The notes under the pieces were generated by a model. That model worked only from the letters and a program-made list of their open reading frames with translations, had not been told where the DNA came from and did not search any database. Positions 50,215 through 59,720 of a stretch of DNA of 64,000 nucleotides are shown here, in pieces (the stretch's first letter is position 1; each line of letters opens with the position of its first letter). Position numbers and translations under genes: made by a program. This DNA is from Candidatus Poribacteria bacterium (GTDB lineage Bacteria; Poribacteria; WGA-4E; WGA-3G), in assembly GCA_965207855.1 (NCBI GenBank), contig OZ242310.1, forward strand, positions 2,197,881-2,261,880. The letters are read 5' to 3'.

Positions 50215-52172
50215 ATTTCTTTAATCTTGGAAGTTTTCGCTTCTCGATCAAATTCTAATTCATACTCCGCACCAATTCGGGATGCAAGATTTGCTTTCGC
50301 TTGTCCTTGCAACTCCTCATCAGTTACGAATAGCACCAACTGGTTAGCGATGTCTGGTATTATTCTCGTTATATTTTCTCTGTGTCTTCTGGAAAGTCTA
50401 CCGAAAGCTGTATCCATTACAATTGGGAAGGGTTCTTCCTTAAGTTGAGGAATTGTTTCCTGAACCGCCACTTTCGCCATTGCAGCAATAAAAGAAAGGC
50501 TGAGAACTTGACGCTGTCCTGCGGAAAGTTCTGGCAGGACATCTTCTCCAGACTCGTCAATTACTTGAAGTTCATAGTCTTTATTAAGCAATACCTCTCG
50601 AAAATGATCGCCATTCCACACCAACTCTTTGAAAATTTTCTCGGTTTCTGATTGAACATGCCCTCTCATATTTTCTGCAAATAATTCATATATTTTAGCC
50701 ATTGCTTTTGAAGAATCATCAGCAAGTTTCCAATAATGTTTTAATTCTTCTGCTTTAGCGTTTGAATCCTTTTCAGTATTAATTTTCTGACTTAGTTTGG
50801 TTATTTCCATGCCAATTTCTTGAATTCGTCCCTTAATCTGATTTATCTCACCTTCTAATTTCGGGATACTCCGTTCATACTCTTTACGTCGCTTTTCCAA
50901 GTTATTGGCTTCATCATGATCCAAATCTGCTAATGCTCGATCAATCTCTTCCAAGCGTCTTTTTTTTCTCCTAACGTTCTGCTCCAATTCTTCTTCATTA
51001 CTTAGAATTGATTTTAAATTATTCGGAATTCTTTCAACATGAGTTCGCACTAAATGCGTCAAATCGCTATGGGTTTCCTGGGCAATATGACCCAAATTTG
51101 CCGAAATAGATTGACTGAGCAAGTTCTTGATAACTTTGATTTCTGGACTCTGGTCGTGAATAGGTCTGCCACAAAGACATTGTCGCTTATCAAGTAATTC
51201 GTTCAAAAGTGTATCTGGAAGTCCAGTTGGGACTTCTCGAAGAATTTCCAATCCTTTATCAAGCACAGATTTTGCTAAAGGAATAAAGCCCTGATTAGCC
51301 AAACTACGAGTTTGCTCTTGGTACTCTACTTTTTTATCTTTAAGCTGCTTCAGTGCTGATTCAATTGCTTTTCGCTCATCAATCAACTTACGTAAACCCT
51401 TAATATCCTCCAATCGAGCGTCGATATCCTGTTTTTGTTTTTTAGCGAACTTGACTTCTTCTTGTAAGAGTTCTATCTTTTTTGATAATTCGCTGCGGAC
51501 AGATTTTTTCGTTCTTCTTACTTCAAGTAATGGCTTTAACTTGCCCGAGGCATGTCTGTTTACTTGACGTTGATACTCACTCGCGACATCTTCTAAATGC
51601 CTCATACCTCGTTCAATTTCCTCAACCTTCAAAACATTGCGAACAGCACTTTCAACTTCCGTTTTACGATCTGGTCTAGTAAAGTTGTCAATTTTTTCTC
51701 CATCAAAAAAGAAGTGTACACTCACATTTTCAGGAATTATTGCCTGAATCCAGTTTGAGGCCTCGGTGTCCTGAAATTCTCGCCAATTGGTGATTTTTAG
51801 GAAGAGTTGTGTCGTAGTGCGTCCTGTTCCGTCCAGTCGTAAAGCCCTTTGTATTTCTCGTTTGGCACAGAATTCAACTTCTTGATCAGGGAACATTCCA
51901 TGATAAGTAAAACGAAGTTCCACAGAAGTTTCGGTCACTCCGCCTTCCGCTAAGGCACGTCTATTCACCAATTCGCCAATATCACCGATGTTTCTCTTAA
52001 CAAAATCATCGCCATATAAACACCAGTTGATGGCTGTAAACAGAGAAGTTTTTCCAGCACCATTAACACCTTGAATTACAGTTACATGACGTTCATCATC
52101 GGTGGCGAAATTTATAGTATGCTTTCCATAATATGGCCTAAAATTCTTTAATTCTATGCTGTTAATCTTCAC
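50208..52172 (-). CDS. pbeC: PbeC-like SMC/Rad50-type ATPase (DndD paralog) with central CxC
   Basis: 'NFRPYYG', 'GVNGAGKT', 'FFFDGE', 'CLCGR', 'LSAGQRQ', 'VMDTAFGRLS..HR', 'LFVTDEE'. Confidence 0.8.
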   Translation of the reverse strand: MKINSIELKNFRPYYGKHTINFATDDERHVTVIQGVNGAGKTSLFTAINWCLYGDDFVKRNIGDIGELVNRRALAEGGVTETSVELRFTYHGMFPDQEVEFCAKREIQRALRLDGTGRTTTQLFLKITNWREFQDTEASNWIQAIIPENVSVHFFFDGEKIDNFTRPDRKTEVESAVRNVLKVEEIERGMRHLEDVASEYQRQVNRHASGKLKPLLEVRRTKKSVRSELSKKIELLQEEVKFAKKQKQDIDARLEDIKGLRKLIDERKAIESALKQLKDKKVEYQEQTRSLANQGFIPLAKSVLDKGLEILREVPTGLPDTLLNELLDKRQCLCGRPIHDQSPEIKVIKNLLSQSISANLGHIAQETHSDLTHLVRTHVERIPNNLKSILSNEEELEQNVRRKKRRLEEIDRALADLDHDEANNLEKRRKEYERSIPKLEGEINQIKGRIQEIGMEITKLSQKINTEKDSNAKAEELKHYWKLADDSSKAMAKIYELFAENMRGHVQSETEKIFKELVWNGDHFREVLLNKDYELQVIDESGEDVLPELSAGQRQVLSLSFIAAMAKVAVQETIPQLKEEPFPIVMDTAFGRLSRRHRENITRIIPDIANQLVLFVTDEELQGQAKANLASRIGAEYELEFDREAKTSKIKEIW

Positions 52173-52342
52173 TGATTCTTAACCTCGTCTTGGATAATTC
52201 GGCGGATTTCGCGCTTGATACCTTGAGGTCGCTTCATATCCAATTTTTCACGTTCGACCTGAAGAACTCTATCAATAACTTTATTTACGGCGGATGGTAA
52301 GGTTTGTCTAAATTTTTCTACTTGGTTTTCCATCTTTTCCAT
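52169..52342 (-). CDS. pbeB: PbeB-like 57-aa protein (absent from the ORF track)
   Basis: MEKMENQVEKFRQTLPSAVNKVIDRVLQVEREKLDMKRPQGIKREIRRIIQDEVKNQ; TGATG overlap with pbeA and GTGA overlap with pbeC; name assigned by position. Confidence 0.7.
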   Translation of the reverse strand: MEKMENQVEKFRQTLPSAVNKVIDRVLQVEREKLDMKRPQGIKREIRRIIQDEVKNQ

Positions 52343-54405
52343 CAAGAGACTCCCAATGCCCCTAAAAGATCATAATCCTTAGCGAGTTCCCATATTTTAT
52401 CACGCGCCTCAAATTTATTTAAGGCCATTCCAGCGAATTCGTTAAATCGCTCTAATTCCCGCGCAATAATTTTCCGCTCTGTACGGAACGTTGAAGTCGG
52501 ATACTCTTGATAATCTATAGGCGGAACAGCGATTAGATCATGGATCTCTGCGTGTTCTTTACCAGTGGACTGTCGGAGAATCCGCCCACGCCGTTGAATA
52601 AATTCTTTTGGATTACTACTGCTTGCAAGGATGTAAGCGGTTCGGGTACTTGGTACGTCAACACCTTCATCCAGACACCTCATTGCTACAAGAGCTTGAA
52701 GATGTCCAGAGGCGAACATTTTTAACAATTCTTGTCTTTCAGCAGCTGATTCCTTAGAAGTGAACTTTGCAACTCGCACACCTAAAGTAGTTAATAATTC
52801 GAGAACTGGAATGATTCGCCCCGGAGCACAGTAAAACAGTGTATGATGCAGGGAGTCAGTCTTGCCAGTTAATAATTCTGCCAACTGTATCAGCTTGTTT
52901 TCTGCTCGGTTAAGTAGCGTTGCTCGTTTTATCAGTAACCGTTCAAGTACTTCACTTGTCTCACCAGATTCTATGTGATGGTAAAGTTTTGAAATTCTTT
53001 CCGTGAGACGTTCGTACGCTTCAAATTCCCCATCAGTCAATTCGACGAGATGTGGATGATAATAGTAAGGACAGAGATACCCCATTTTAATTGCTTCGTC
53101 AAGAGAAAATTCGTAAACTGTATCTCCAAAATATGCTTTGAGTGCCGTCGTACCTGATGGGTCAAACCACCGGTTAGGGGTCGCTGACAAACCAAGGCGA
53201 TAATTAAAAACATCGGTTAATCTTTTTCGACTCCGTTCTGCCCCAAGATGATGAACTTCATCTGCTACTAAGACAGCTCTACGCTTCAATTTGGATAGCA
53301 GTTTCTGCATAGTCTCAGCAATAAAAGTGGTTTGTGTTGTAATAGTACAGACAATATCGCGAACACCATAATTATATCGCACCAAAGCAGTGTTAAGCCG
53401 GTTTACCCAAGTTGCAGAGTTTTTGTATGCCAGGATCGGTTCAAACCCAAACTTGATAGCGTCCTCATACCACTGATCGACGAGGTGTTGATATGGACAC
53501 GCAATAACAACAAACAAGTGCTCCTTTTCCTCCTTGAGTTTTGCAAGAGCAGAAAGAGCAGTGATGGTCTTACCCGTTCCCGTTGCCATTTCCCATAAAC
53601 CACGGCATCCGTTTTCAAACCAAGCGTTGACTGCTTCCGTTTGATAATCCCTTAATACCAAGCCGCTTGGTAAATATGTAACGGGCGGCTCAATTATTTC
53701 TGATCGATTCGCAGGTAGCAAATCAGGGATTGTTTCGTATACAGTTTGGTAAATCAAAAGATCATTCGCAACTGCCGTCGGAAAATCTATGACTTCCAAC
53801 TTGTCGGTTGTATTATTCCATAACCGATTAAAATTATCAACCTTTTGTTGAACTCGTTGTTGGGTATCATCCCATGATAGATGAACGTCAACGGACTCAA
53901 AATTGCTTAACAACCCACCGACCGTCTCGTTCTGTGAGCCACCGAACGCAACGGCATTTTTTAAATCATCTAAAAAAACACCTATCTTTTCATGATAGAT
54001 TGCTTGTGGATTAAACGCGCGTGTATTCAAGGGACGTGCGATTTTGATGTCTAAATGTCCGTGGGCAATGAGCCATGTGAGCATCGTCAGCCGGTCGTGG
54101 GTAACCTCTTTGAAACCGCAATTAAGGGAAGGAGCGAGATTGCGTTCCTTTGCATCGTAGCCTCGTTGGATTGCCTGTATGTCATCTGCCATTAATTTAG
54201 GACCGGTCACAAGTTTCATCTGCCCGTCGCGGCGGATGAAGGTTGCCAATCCTCCGGCATTGAGTGCCAGACCGTTGCTGGTAAAATAGCCAACCGCTCG
54301 CCAATATTGCGTAGCATTTCTCAGGCATGGCGTATAAAAGTCTTTGATGAGGTTTGCTCCGTCAGAGCGATATTCGTACTTTAGTTGGGTTTCTTTAAGA
54401 GACAT
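52342..54405 (-). CDS. pbeA: PbeA-like PLD-nuclease + SF2 helicase (phosphorothioation-associated restriction protein)
   Basis: 'YWRAVGYFTS', PLD 'YHEKIGVF.D…GSQNET', 'MATGTGKT', 'DEVHH', 'GLSATP', 'LDEGVDVP', 'QRRGRILR'. Confidence 0.85.
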   Translation of the reverse strand: MSLKETQLKYEYRSDGANLIKDFYTPCLRNATQYWRAVGYFTSNGLALNAGGLATFIRRDGQMKLVTGPKLMADDIQAIQRGYDAKERNLAPSLNCGFKEVTHDRLTMLTWLIAHGHLDIKIARPLNTRAFNPQAIYHEKIGVFLDDLKNAVAFGGSQNETVGGLLSNFESVDVHLSWDDTQQRVQQKVDNFNRLWNNTTDKLEVIDFPTAVANDLLIYQTVYETIPDLLPANRSEIIEPPVTYLPSGLVLRDYQTEAVNAWFENGCRGLWEMATGTGKTITALSALAKLKEEKEHLFVVIACPYQHLVDQWYEDAIKFGFEPILAYKNSATWVNRLNTALVRYNYGVRDIVCTITTQTTFIAETMQKLLSKLKRRAVLVADEVHHLGAERSRKRLTDVFNYRLGLSATPNRWFDPSGTTALKAYFGDTVYEFSLDEAIKMGYLCPYYYHPHLVELTDGEFEAYERLTERISKLYHHIESGETSEVLERLLIKRATLLNRAENKLIQLAELLTGKTDSLHHTLFYCAPGRIIPVLELLTTLGVRVAKFTSKESAAERQELLKMFASGHLQALVAMRCLDEGVDVPSTRTAYILASSSNPKEFIQRRGRILRQSTGKEHAEIHDLIAVPPIDYQEYPTSTFRTERKIIARELERFNEFAGMALNKFEARDKIWELAKDYDLLGALGVS

Positions 54406-54586
54406 GAAAGCTTTCCAAAAGGGTAATTGTTTGCTAACGAGGCAATTTTAACATATTTCGCGGAAAAATTCAAAATTTTCCTGATACTACCAAAATCCGC
54501 GTCATCCGGGCAATCTGTATAATCCGCGGTTCAGACGAAAAAATCCTGATGCTGACAGACACCAACCGCCAACTTATTTTTTTTAC

Positions 54587-54615
54587 TTGACATAATTTAG
54601 CAAAAAGAGTATAAT
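54587..54615 (+). promoter_or_regulatory. Consensus sigma70 promoter with no long ORF directly downstream
   Basis: TTGACA-N17-TATAAT. Confidence 0.6.
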
Positions 54616-54764
54616 ATATCATAAAACTTTCCAAAGAGGTAAATATTGTATCAATCTACAAATGCTGACTGTTGTAAGCACACTGACGACTGCTTGCTGT
54701 TTGCTGACTGCTGACCGCTGAGAGTGGAGCGCAGCGGAACGCCCTGACCGCTGACCGCTAACTC

Positions 54765-54914
54765 AAAAATGTTACACTTTTCGCAAAATTGCTTTTTTTC
54801 GCACAACAGAAAATCGAAAGTAAAACGTCTACGAACCCTGACACCCACTGGGTTCTCTAACGGTATAGGCAACACACCAAATGTACACCGGTGTAACATT
54901 AGTGTAACATTTTT
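54765..54914. repeat. 150-bp segment bounded by a perfect 14-bp inverted repeat
   Basis: AAAAATGTTACACT (54765) / AGTGTAACATTTTT (54901); extra GTGTAACAT copy at 54891. Confidence 0.55.
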
Positions 54915-55046
54915 AAGGCAAATTGCTAAAAAATATACCGTTAAGTTAAAGCTGTATACACGCCCGTATGATCCTGTGAATCCTGTCCACCCTCATGCTG
55001 ACAATCCGCTGCCAAAATATTTAGACACCCCTCCAAAATTTTATAT

Positions 55047-55075
55047 TTGACAAATTTCTAAGAAAAAAGTAAAAT
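55047..55075 (+). promoter_or_regulatory. Sigma70-type promoter
   Basis: TTGACA-N17-TAAAAT upstream of 55213. Confidence 0.6.
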
Positions 55076-55212
55076 ATGTGGTAATATGGAGTTACTACTA
55101 ACATGAAACAGTTGCAACCTTGCAACAAAAGCGTGTTAACATCGTTTTGTATAATAGGTGATTGCGCATCGCAATGCAGATTTTTTACACTAACCGATAG
55201 GAGATTTCTCAC

Positions 55213-56043
55213 ATGAGACTATTTATGATTGTTGCCAGCGTGCTATGCGCTGCAACCCTTGTGCTTCTGGCACCCACAGCCGATGCTGCGAATAAAGTAG
55301 ATGTGTTTATCTACACAGATACAGTGCAATGGATCGGTCAAGCCGCAGCAGTAGAAGAAGCCGAAATACTGGCAGACCTACTTGATGGACAAGACGGCAT
55401 CGGTGAACTCATCCTTCACGGCCCAGCAAAAACTGTCGAAGCCTGGACAAAAGACCATACCGTAGACAATGGACACCATCTCATTGTCATGTTCGGTGAT
55501 GTACCCGTCGAAATTTACGACGTCGGGAAAGACGCAAAAAAAGAAACTGTCGCCGAGGAATTCCTTGACGCAGGGAATACCTTCTCGAATAGTGCCGACT
55601 ACTTTTTCTGGGGACAGGGCGGCAGAAATGAAGAAGCCGGTATCAAGAATATGATGGATATCCCCAATATGGTGCAGTGGGATGATAATACGGCTATGGA
55701 GGTCACCAAAGAGGGGAAAGACCTTACACCCACACTTGATGACTACGCAACAGACCGACCCTTCCACGTTGATAAGCTTGATGGGGATTGGGTTTTAGAA
55801 ATCGCATTCGCGTCAGATACCGGGGATCAAAAAGCCGACCGTTGCGATCCGTGTATCGTCCACAATACGAAGACGAATGGACGACTCATTCAGGTCTACC
55901 AAACCGCTAACCAAGATGACCCGAAAGGCGAGGTCATCGCTGAAATTATTCTCAACTACTACCTTGAAACTGTCGGCGCACTTGACGTTGACCCACAAGA
56001 TAAACTTCCCGCTTTATGGGGAGATATGAAAAGAAGGAGATAA
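55213..56043 (+). CDS. Secreted acidic protein with C-terminal VDPQDKLPALWGDMK motif
   Basis: Signal peptide (ADA|A), RBS aggag; paralog of the next gene. Confidence 0.75.
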   Translation: MRLFMIVASVLCAATLVLLAPTADAANKVDVFIYTDTVQWIGQAAAVEEAEILADLLDGQDGIGELILHGPAKTVEAWTKDHTVDNGHHLIVMFGDVPVEIYDVGKDAKKETVAEEFLDAGNTFSNSADYFFWGQGGRNEEAGIKNMMDIPNMVQWDDNTAMEVTKEGKDLTPTLDDYATDRPFHVDKLDGDWVLEIAFASDTGDQKADRCDPCIVHNTKTNGRLIQVYQTANQDDPKGEVIAEIILNYYLETVGALDVDPQDKLPALWGDMKRRR

Positions 56044-56049
56044 CATTTA

Positions 56050-56853
56050 ATGCGAAATATTTTTCTCTCACTCACGCTTATTGCGCTAATGGCACTGCCG
56101 CTAACACCGATCTTTGCCGCCGGTGAAGTCGCTATCTACACCGGAACCACGCAGTGGATCGGTAAAGCACCCGCCGACGAGCAGGCACAAATCTGTGTTG
56201 ATATGCTCAACGATGCCGGGATTTCTAACACATGGTTCGATAGCGACGGCGATATGGATGCCCTCGCGGATTGGATGGAAAGTGTTACAGGTGATGATGG
56301 ACTCGACATCTGTGTTCTCTATGGTGATTTTCCACCGACCCTGTATCCAGACGGCAATGCGCAACCCGATGGCACCATCGGTGAAACCTTCATCGAAACC
56401 ACGGACGGCGATGTGTTCATCAACCACGCCGACTATATGTTCTGGGGACTCGGTGGCAGAAACGAGGCAGGCGGACTCCAAAACATGATGGATATCGATG
56501 GCATTACCATGTGGGACGATAATACCGATATGGTCGTCACCTCCGAAGGCGCGGCGATCTCTCCGACGCTCACCGATTTCCAATCTGACCGTCCCTTTCA
56601 CGTTGATGAGTTAGAGGGCAATTGGGAAGTCGAAGTTTCTCTCGCACAGAACGACGATGGCACCCGTGCCGATCCGATTATTGTGCGCGACGGAAACCTC
56701 GGTCGACTGATTCCGGTGATACAGACAGCGAATGGCGATGAAGAGAAAGGCGCAGTTGCTGCCGAAATTATCACCTGGCTCATGGCAACAACACCGGTTG
56801 AACCTGCTGACAAGCTTTCCACAACGTGGGGTGCTTTGAAAGCAGTCCGATAA
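56050..56853 (+). CDS. Secreted acidic protein (paralog) with C-terminal VEPADKLSTTWGALK motif
   Basis: Signal peptide; shares QWIG, ADY.FWG.GGRNE, NMMDI, WDDNT, DRPFHVD, KG.V.AEII with the upstream gene. Confidence 0.75.
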   Translation: MRNIFLSLTLIALMALPLTPIFAAGEVAIYTGTTQWIGKAPADEQAQICVDMLNDAGISNTWFDSDGDMDALADWMESVTGDDGLDICVLYGDFPPTLYPDGNAQPDGTIGETFIETTDGDVFINHADYMFWGLGGRNEAGGLQNMMDIDGITMWDDNTDMVVTSEGAAISPTLTDFQSDRPFHVDELEGNWEVEVSLAQNDDGTRADPIIVRDGNLGRLIPVIQTANGDEEKGAVAAEIITWLMATTPVEPADKLSTTWGALKAVR

Positions 56854-56877
56854 GCACGGTTTCTAATCTTGATATGC

Positions 56878-56914
56878 TATTTATAGGCGCGCTTTATAAG
56901 CGCGCCTATAAATA
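56878..56914. terminator. Perfect 17-bp-stem hairpin (terminator)
   Basis: TATTTATAGGCGCGCTT-tat-AAGCGCGCCTATAAATA. Confidence 0.7.
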
Positions 56915-56923
56915 AAAACGCTT

Positions 56924-56948
56924 GTAGGGGCAGGTCTTGTGTCTGCCC
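56924..56948 (+). repeat. GTAG REP-like hairpin
   Basis: GTAG-GGGCAG-gtcttgtgt-CTGCCC. Confidence 0.5.
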
Positions 56949-57000
56949 ACTGTTAATTGAACCTTCCAACTCTATAGAAATACCCGCCTATAAATTAGAG

Positions 57001-57873
57001 ATGAGATTTAGAACCTTCAACATCTTGTTTACACTCTCACTGCTTTTGTTGTTGATATCCGCTTGTCACGATCCAATAGAGTCCCCCCTCGTTGGCACCC
57101 TTCCGATTGAAACCATCACGACCCCTAAAGACAATGCCGTCATGGTGTATGTCCCTGCTGGCGAATTTCTCATGGGAACCAGTGATGCGGAGATTGAACA
57201 CTATAAAGAAATCTTTCCGCTCCGCGACACCGCCCGATATGACAACGAACGTCCGCAGCGTACCGTCTACCTTGATGCCTTCTACATCGACAAGTTTGAG
57301 GTGACAAACCGACAATACAAACAATTTCTCAGTGAAACGGGTTATGAACCAGAACACTATCTCGATCGTCTGCCATATAATGCTCCCGACCTGCCTGCGG
57401 TTGTTTTGAAGTGGGAGGATGCCGTCGCGTATGCCGTATGGGCAGGCAAGCGGTTGCCTACCGAGGCGGAGTGGGAGAAAGCCGCACGCGGCACAGATGG
57501 ACGCACCTGGCCCTGGGGCAACGTGTTTGACGATACAAAACTCAGTGGGAACGACGGCAGAGGACACAGAGACGGCTATAAAGAAACCGCACCTGTCGGA
57601 CAGTTCCCGCAAGGCGCGAGTCCCTACGGCGCACACGATATGGCGGGCAACCTCTGGGAGTGGGTGGCGGACTGGTACGATCCGAACTATTACCGCACCA
57701 ACCCTCCGAATGTCAATCCACAAGGCCCCGAAACCGGCGATGGTCATGTGCTAAAAGGCGGCGGGTGGGCGGAAAATTTGGATTTCACCCGATGCGCCAG
57801 TCGACTCGGCGGAGAGCCCGGCTCCCTCTTGCGCGGGTTTCGGTGCGTAATGGACGCACCCTTTGGAGAATAG
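57001..57873 (+). CDS. Formylglycine-generating-enzyme (SUMF1) domain lipoprotein
   Basis: ISAC lipobox; 'VPAGEFLMG', 'FYIDKFEVTN', 'RLPTEAEWEKAARG', 'DMAGNLWEWV.DWY', 'GFRC'. Confidence 0.9.
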   Translation: MRFRTFNILFTLSLLLLLISACHDPIESPLVGTLPIETITTPKDNAVMVYVPAGEFLMGTSDAEIEHYKEIFPLRDTARYDNERPQRTVYLDAFYIDKFEVTNRQYKQFLSETGYEPEHYLDRLPYNAPDLPAVVLKWEDAVAYAVWAGKRLPTEAEWEKAARGTDGRTWPWGNVFDDTKLSGNDGRGHRDGYKETAPVGQFPQGASPYGAHDMAGNLWEWVADWYDPNYYRTNPPNVNPQGPETGDGHVLKGGGWAENLDFTRCASRLGGEPGSLLRGFRCVMDAPFGE

Positions 57874-57890
57874 CATTCTCGAACACGCAC

Positions 57891-57919
57891 TTGACAATCC
57901 TCTCGTAAATTCGTATAAT
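57891..57919 (+). promoter_or_regulatory. Consensus sigma70 promoter
   Basis: TTGACA-N17-TATAAT; RBS ggaggg before TTG 57944. Confidence 0.75.
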
Positions 57920-57943
57920 AGATAAGCGTGGGAGGGTTAGCTA

Positions 57944-58417
57944 TTGAAACGGATTGTCACGCACGCAGACCCAGACCTTGACGCGATTGTGAGTGCTTGG
58001 ATTGCCCAAGATTTTCTCTTCCAGACACACGAATCAGAGGTCTTGTTTGTGAGCCGAAAAGTGCCAGAAAAACTCAGACATTCTGCCGATTGCTTGGTGG
58101 ATGTTGGGAACGGCTATTGTCCTGAAAACTATCGGTTTGATCACAAACCCCCGGCATTTGAGAACAGAAATAGTACGTGTGCAACGCGGCTCATCTATGA
58201 GTATCTGTTAGATATCGGTGTCGCTGTCGGACACCTTGCGCATCTGGTAGAGATAACCTATCAAGGCGATACACACCGGAATTCAGAAGCACTCAAACAG
58301 AGTCGGATTGATGGACCGCATGCGAAATTAAAGCAGTTAAAAACAGAATATAAGGACACAGCAGCGGTCTATCAACAGATGGTTCTTTGGCTAAGGAGTT
58401 ATACAAAAGACTTATGA
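57944..58417 (+). CDS. Small DHH/MYG1-like phosphoesterase-domain protein
   Basis: 'IVTHADPDLDAI', 'VDVG', 'FDHK', 'STCATRLI'. Confidence 0.6.
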   Translation: MKRIVTHADPDLDAIVSAWIAQDFLFQTHESEVLFVSRKVPEKLRHSADCLVDVGNGYCPENYRFDHKPPAFENRNSTCATRLIYEYLLDIGVAVGHLAHLVEITYQGDTHRNSEALKQSRIDGPHAKLKQLKTEYKDTAAVYQQMVLWLRSYTKDL

Positions 58418-59712
58418 AGAAATTTACATATTTGCTCGTCGTTCTGTTTGTCATCGTAGGATTCGCTGGCGCAGATGAATGGCATCAGTGGCGTGGCGAA
58501 AATCGCGAAGGCGTTTGGATGGAAACGGGGATTATTGAAGCGTTTGAAGGTTCAGATATCCCAATCCGGTGGCGTGTACCTATCAGTAGCGGTTATAGCG
58601 GACCAACTGTCGCCGATGGACGTGTCTACGTCACCGATAAACTCACAAAACCGAAGCAGGTCGAACGCGTACACTGCTTTGACTGGGAAACGGGAGAGAA
58701 GCTCTGGTCTTACACCTACGATTGCGTCTATAAAATCGACTACGCCGCTGGACCCCGCGCAACTGTGACTGTGCAAGGCGGATTTGCCTACGCCTTGGGG
58801 GCAATGGGACATCTCCACTGTTTTGACGCTGTTACGGGTGAGGTCGTCTGGAAAAGGGATCTCAATGCCGAATATAATATTGAAATGCCTATCTGGGGGA
58901 TCGCAAGCGCACCGCTGGTGGAAGGTGAGCATCTTATCGTTCAAATCGGTGGTACGCCGGAGGCGTGTATCGTCGCCTTCGACCGAAAAACCGGTGAAGA
59001 AAAATGGAGAGCCGTGGACGATACTGCCTCTTATTCGGCACCCATTATCATTACGCACGCTGGTCAACGGGTTTTAATCTCTTGGACAGGGAATAACATT
59101 GCTGCGCTTGATCCAGAAACCGGAACAGTCCACTGGCTTTATCCATTTCCTTCTACCCGTTGGGAGATTGGCATTGCAACCCCGATTTTCTATGAGAATG
59201 AATTGTTTTTTACAAATTTCTATGAAGGTTCGCTGCTCCTGAAATTGGCACCAGATAGTTTGGATGTCGAACTCGGATGGCACCGAACGGGTAAAGATGA
59301 ACGGAATACAGAAGCGATTCAGACAACAATGTCAACCCCAGTTCGCGTTGGTGATTATATTTACGGTGTAGATAGTTACGGTGAACTCCGCTGTATTGAT
59401 GCCCGAAACGGCGATCGGATTTGGGAAGACCTCTCCGCCGTGCCGACGGCACGTTGGAGCACTATCCATTCTGTCAAACACCTCGCAGCATCAGAAAATA
59501 GAATCTGGATGTTCAACGAACGCGGTGAACTTCTCATCACAGACCTCACGCCTGAAGGATTGAATATCGTCAGTCGTGCCAAACTGATTGAACCAACTCG
59601 CGACCAATTAAACCGCAGAGGCGGCGTTACATGGGCACACCCCGCTTATGCCTATAAACACGTCTTCGCACGGAACGACGAAGAGCTTGTTTGTGCCAGT
59701 TTAGAAAAATAA
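58414..59712 (+). CDS. PQQ-binding-like beta-propeller (BamB-like) secreted protein
   Basis: Signal peptide, 'WHQWRG', 'GYSGP.V..GRVY', repeated 'D..TGE..W', 'WAHPA'; ATGA overlap with the upstream gene. Confidence 0.88.
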   Translation: MKKFTYLLVVLFVIVGFAGADEWHQWRGENREGVWMETGIIEAFEGSDIPIRWRVPISSGYSGPTVADGRVYVTDKLTKPKQVERVHCFDWETGEKLWSYTYDCVYKIDYAAGPRATVTVQGGFAYALGAMGHLHCFDAVTGEVVWKRDLNAEYNIEMPIWGIASAPLVEGEHLIVQIGGTPEACIVAFDRKTGEEKWRAVDDTASYSAPIIITHAGQRVLISWTGNNIAALDPETGTVHWLYPFPSTRWEIGIATPIFYENELFFTNFYEGSLLLKLAPDSLDVELGWHRTGKDERNTEAIQTTMSTPVRVGDYIYGVDSYGELRCIDARNGDRIWEDLSAVPTARWSTIHSVKHLAASENRIWMFNERGELLITDLTPEGLNIVSRAKLIEPTRDQLNRRGGVTWAHPAYAYKHVFARNDEELVCASLEK

Positions 59713-59720
59713 GGGAGCGT

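Noticed and set aside
57037-57747. 236-aa antisense ORF (and similar antisense ORFs over groEL, hsdM, ABC ATPase)
   Set aside because: Shadow frames of well-supported genes with no recognisable motifs.
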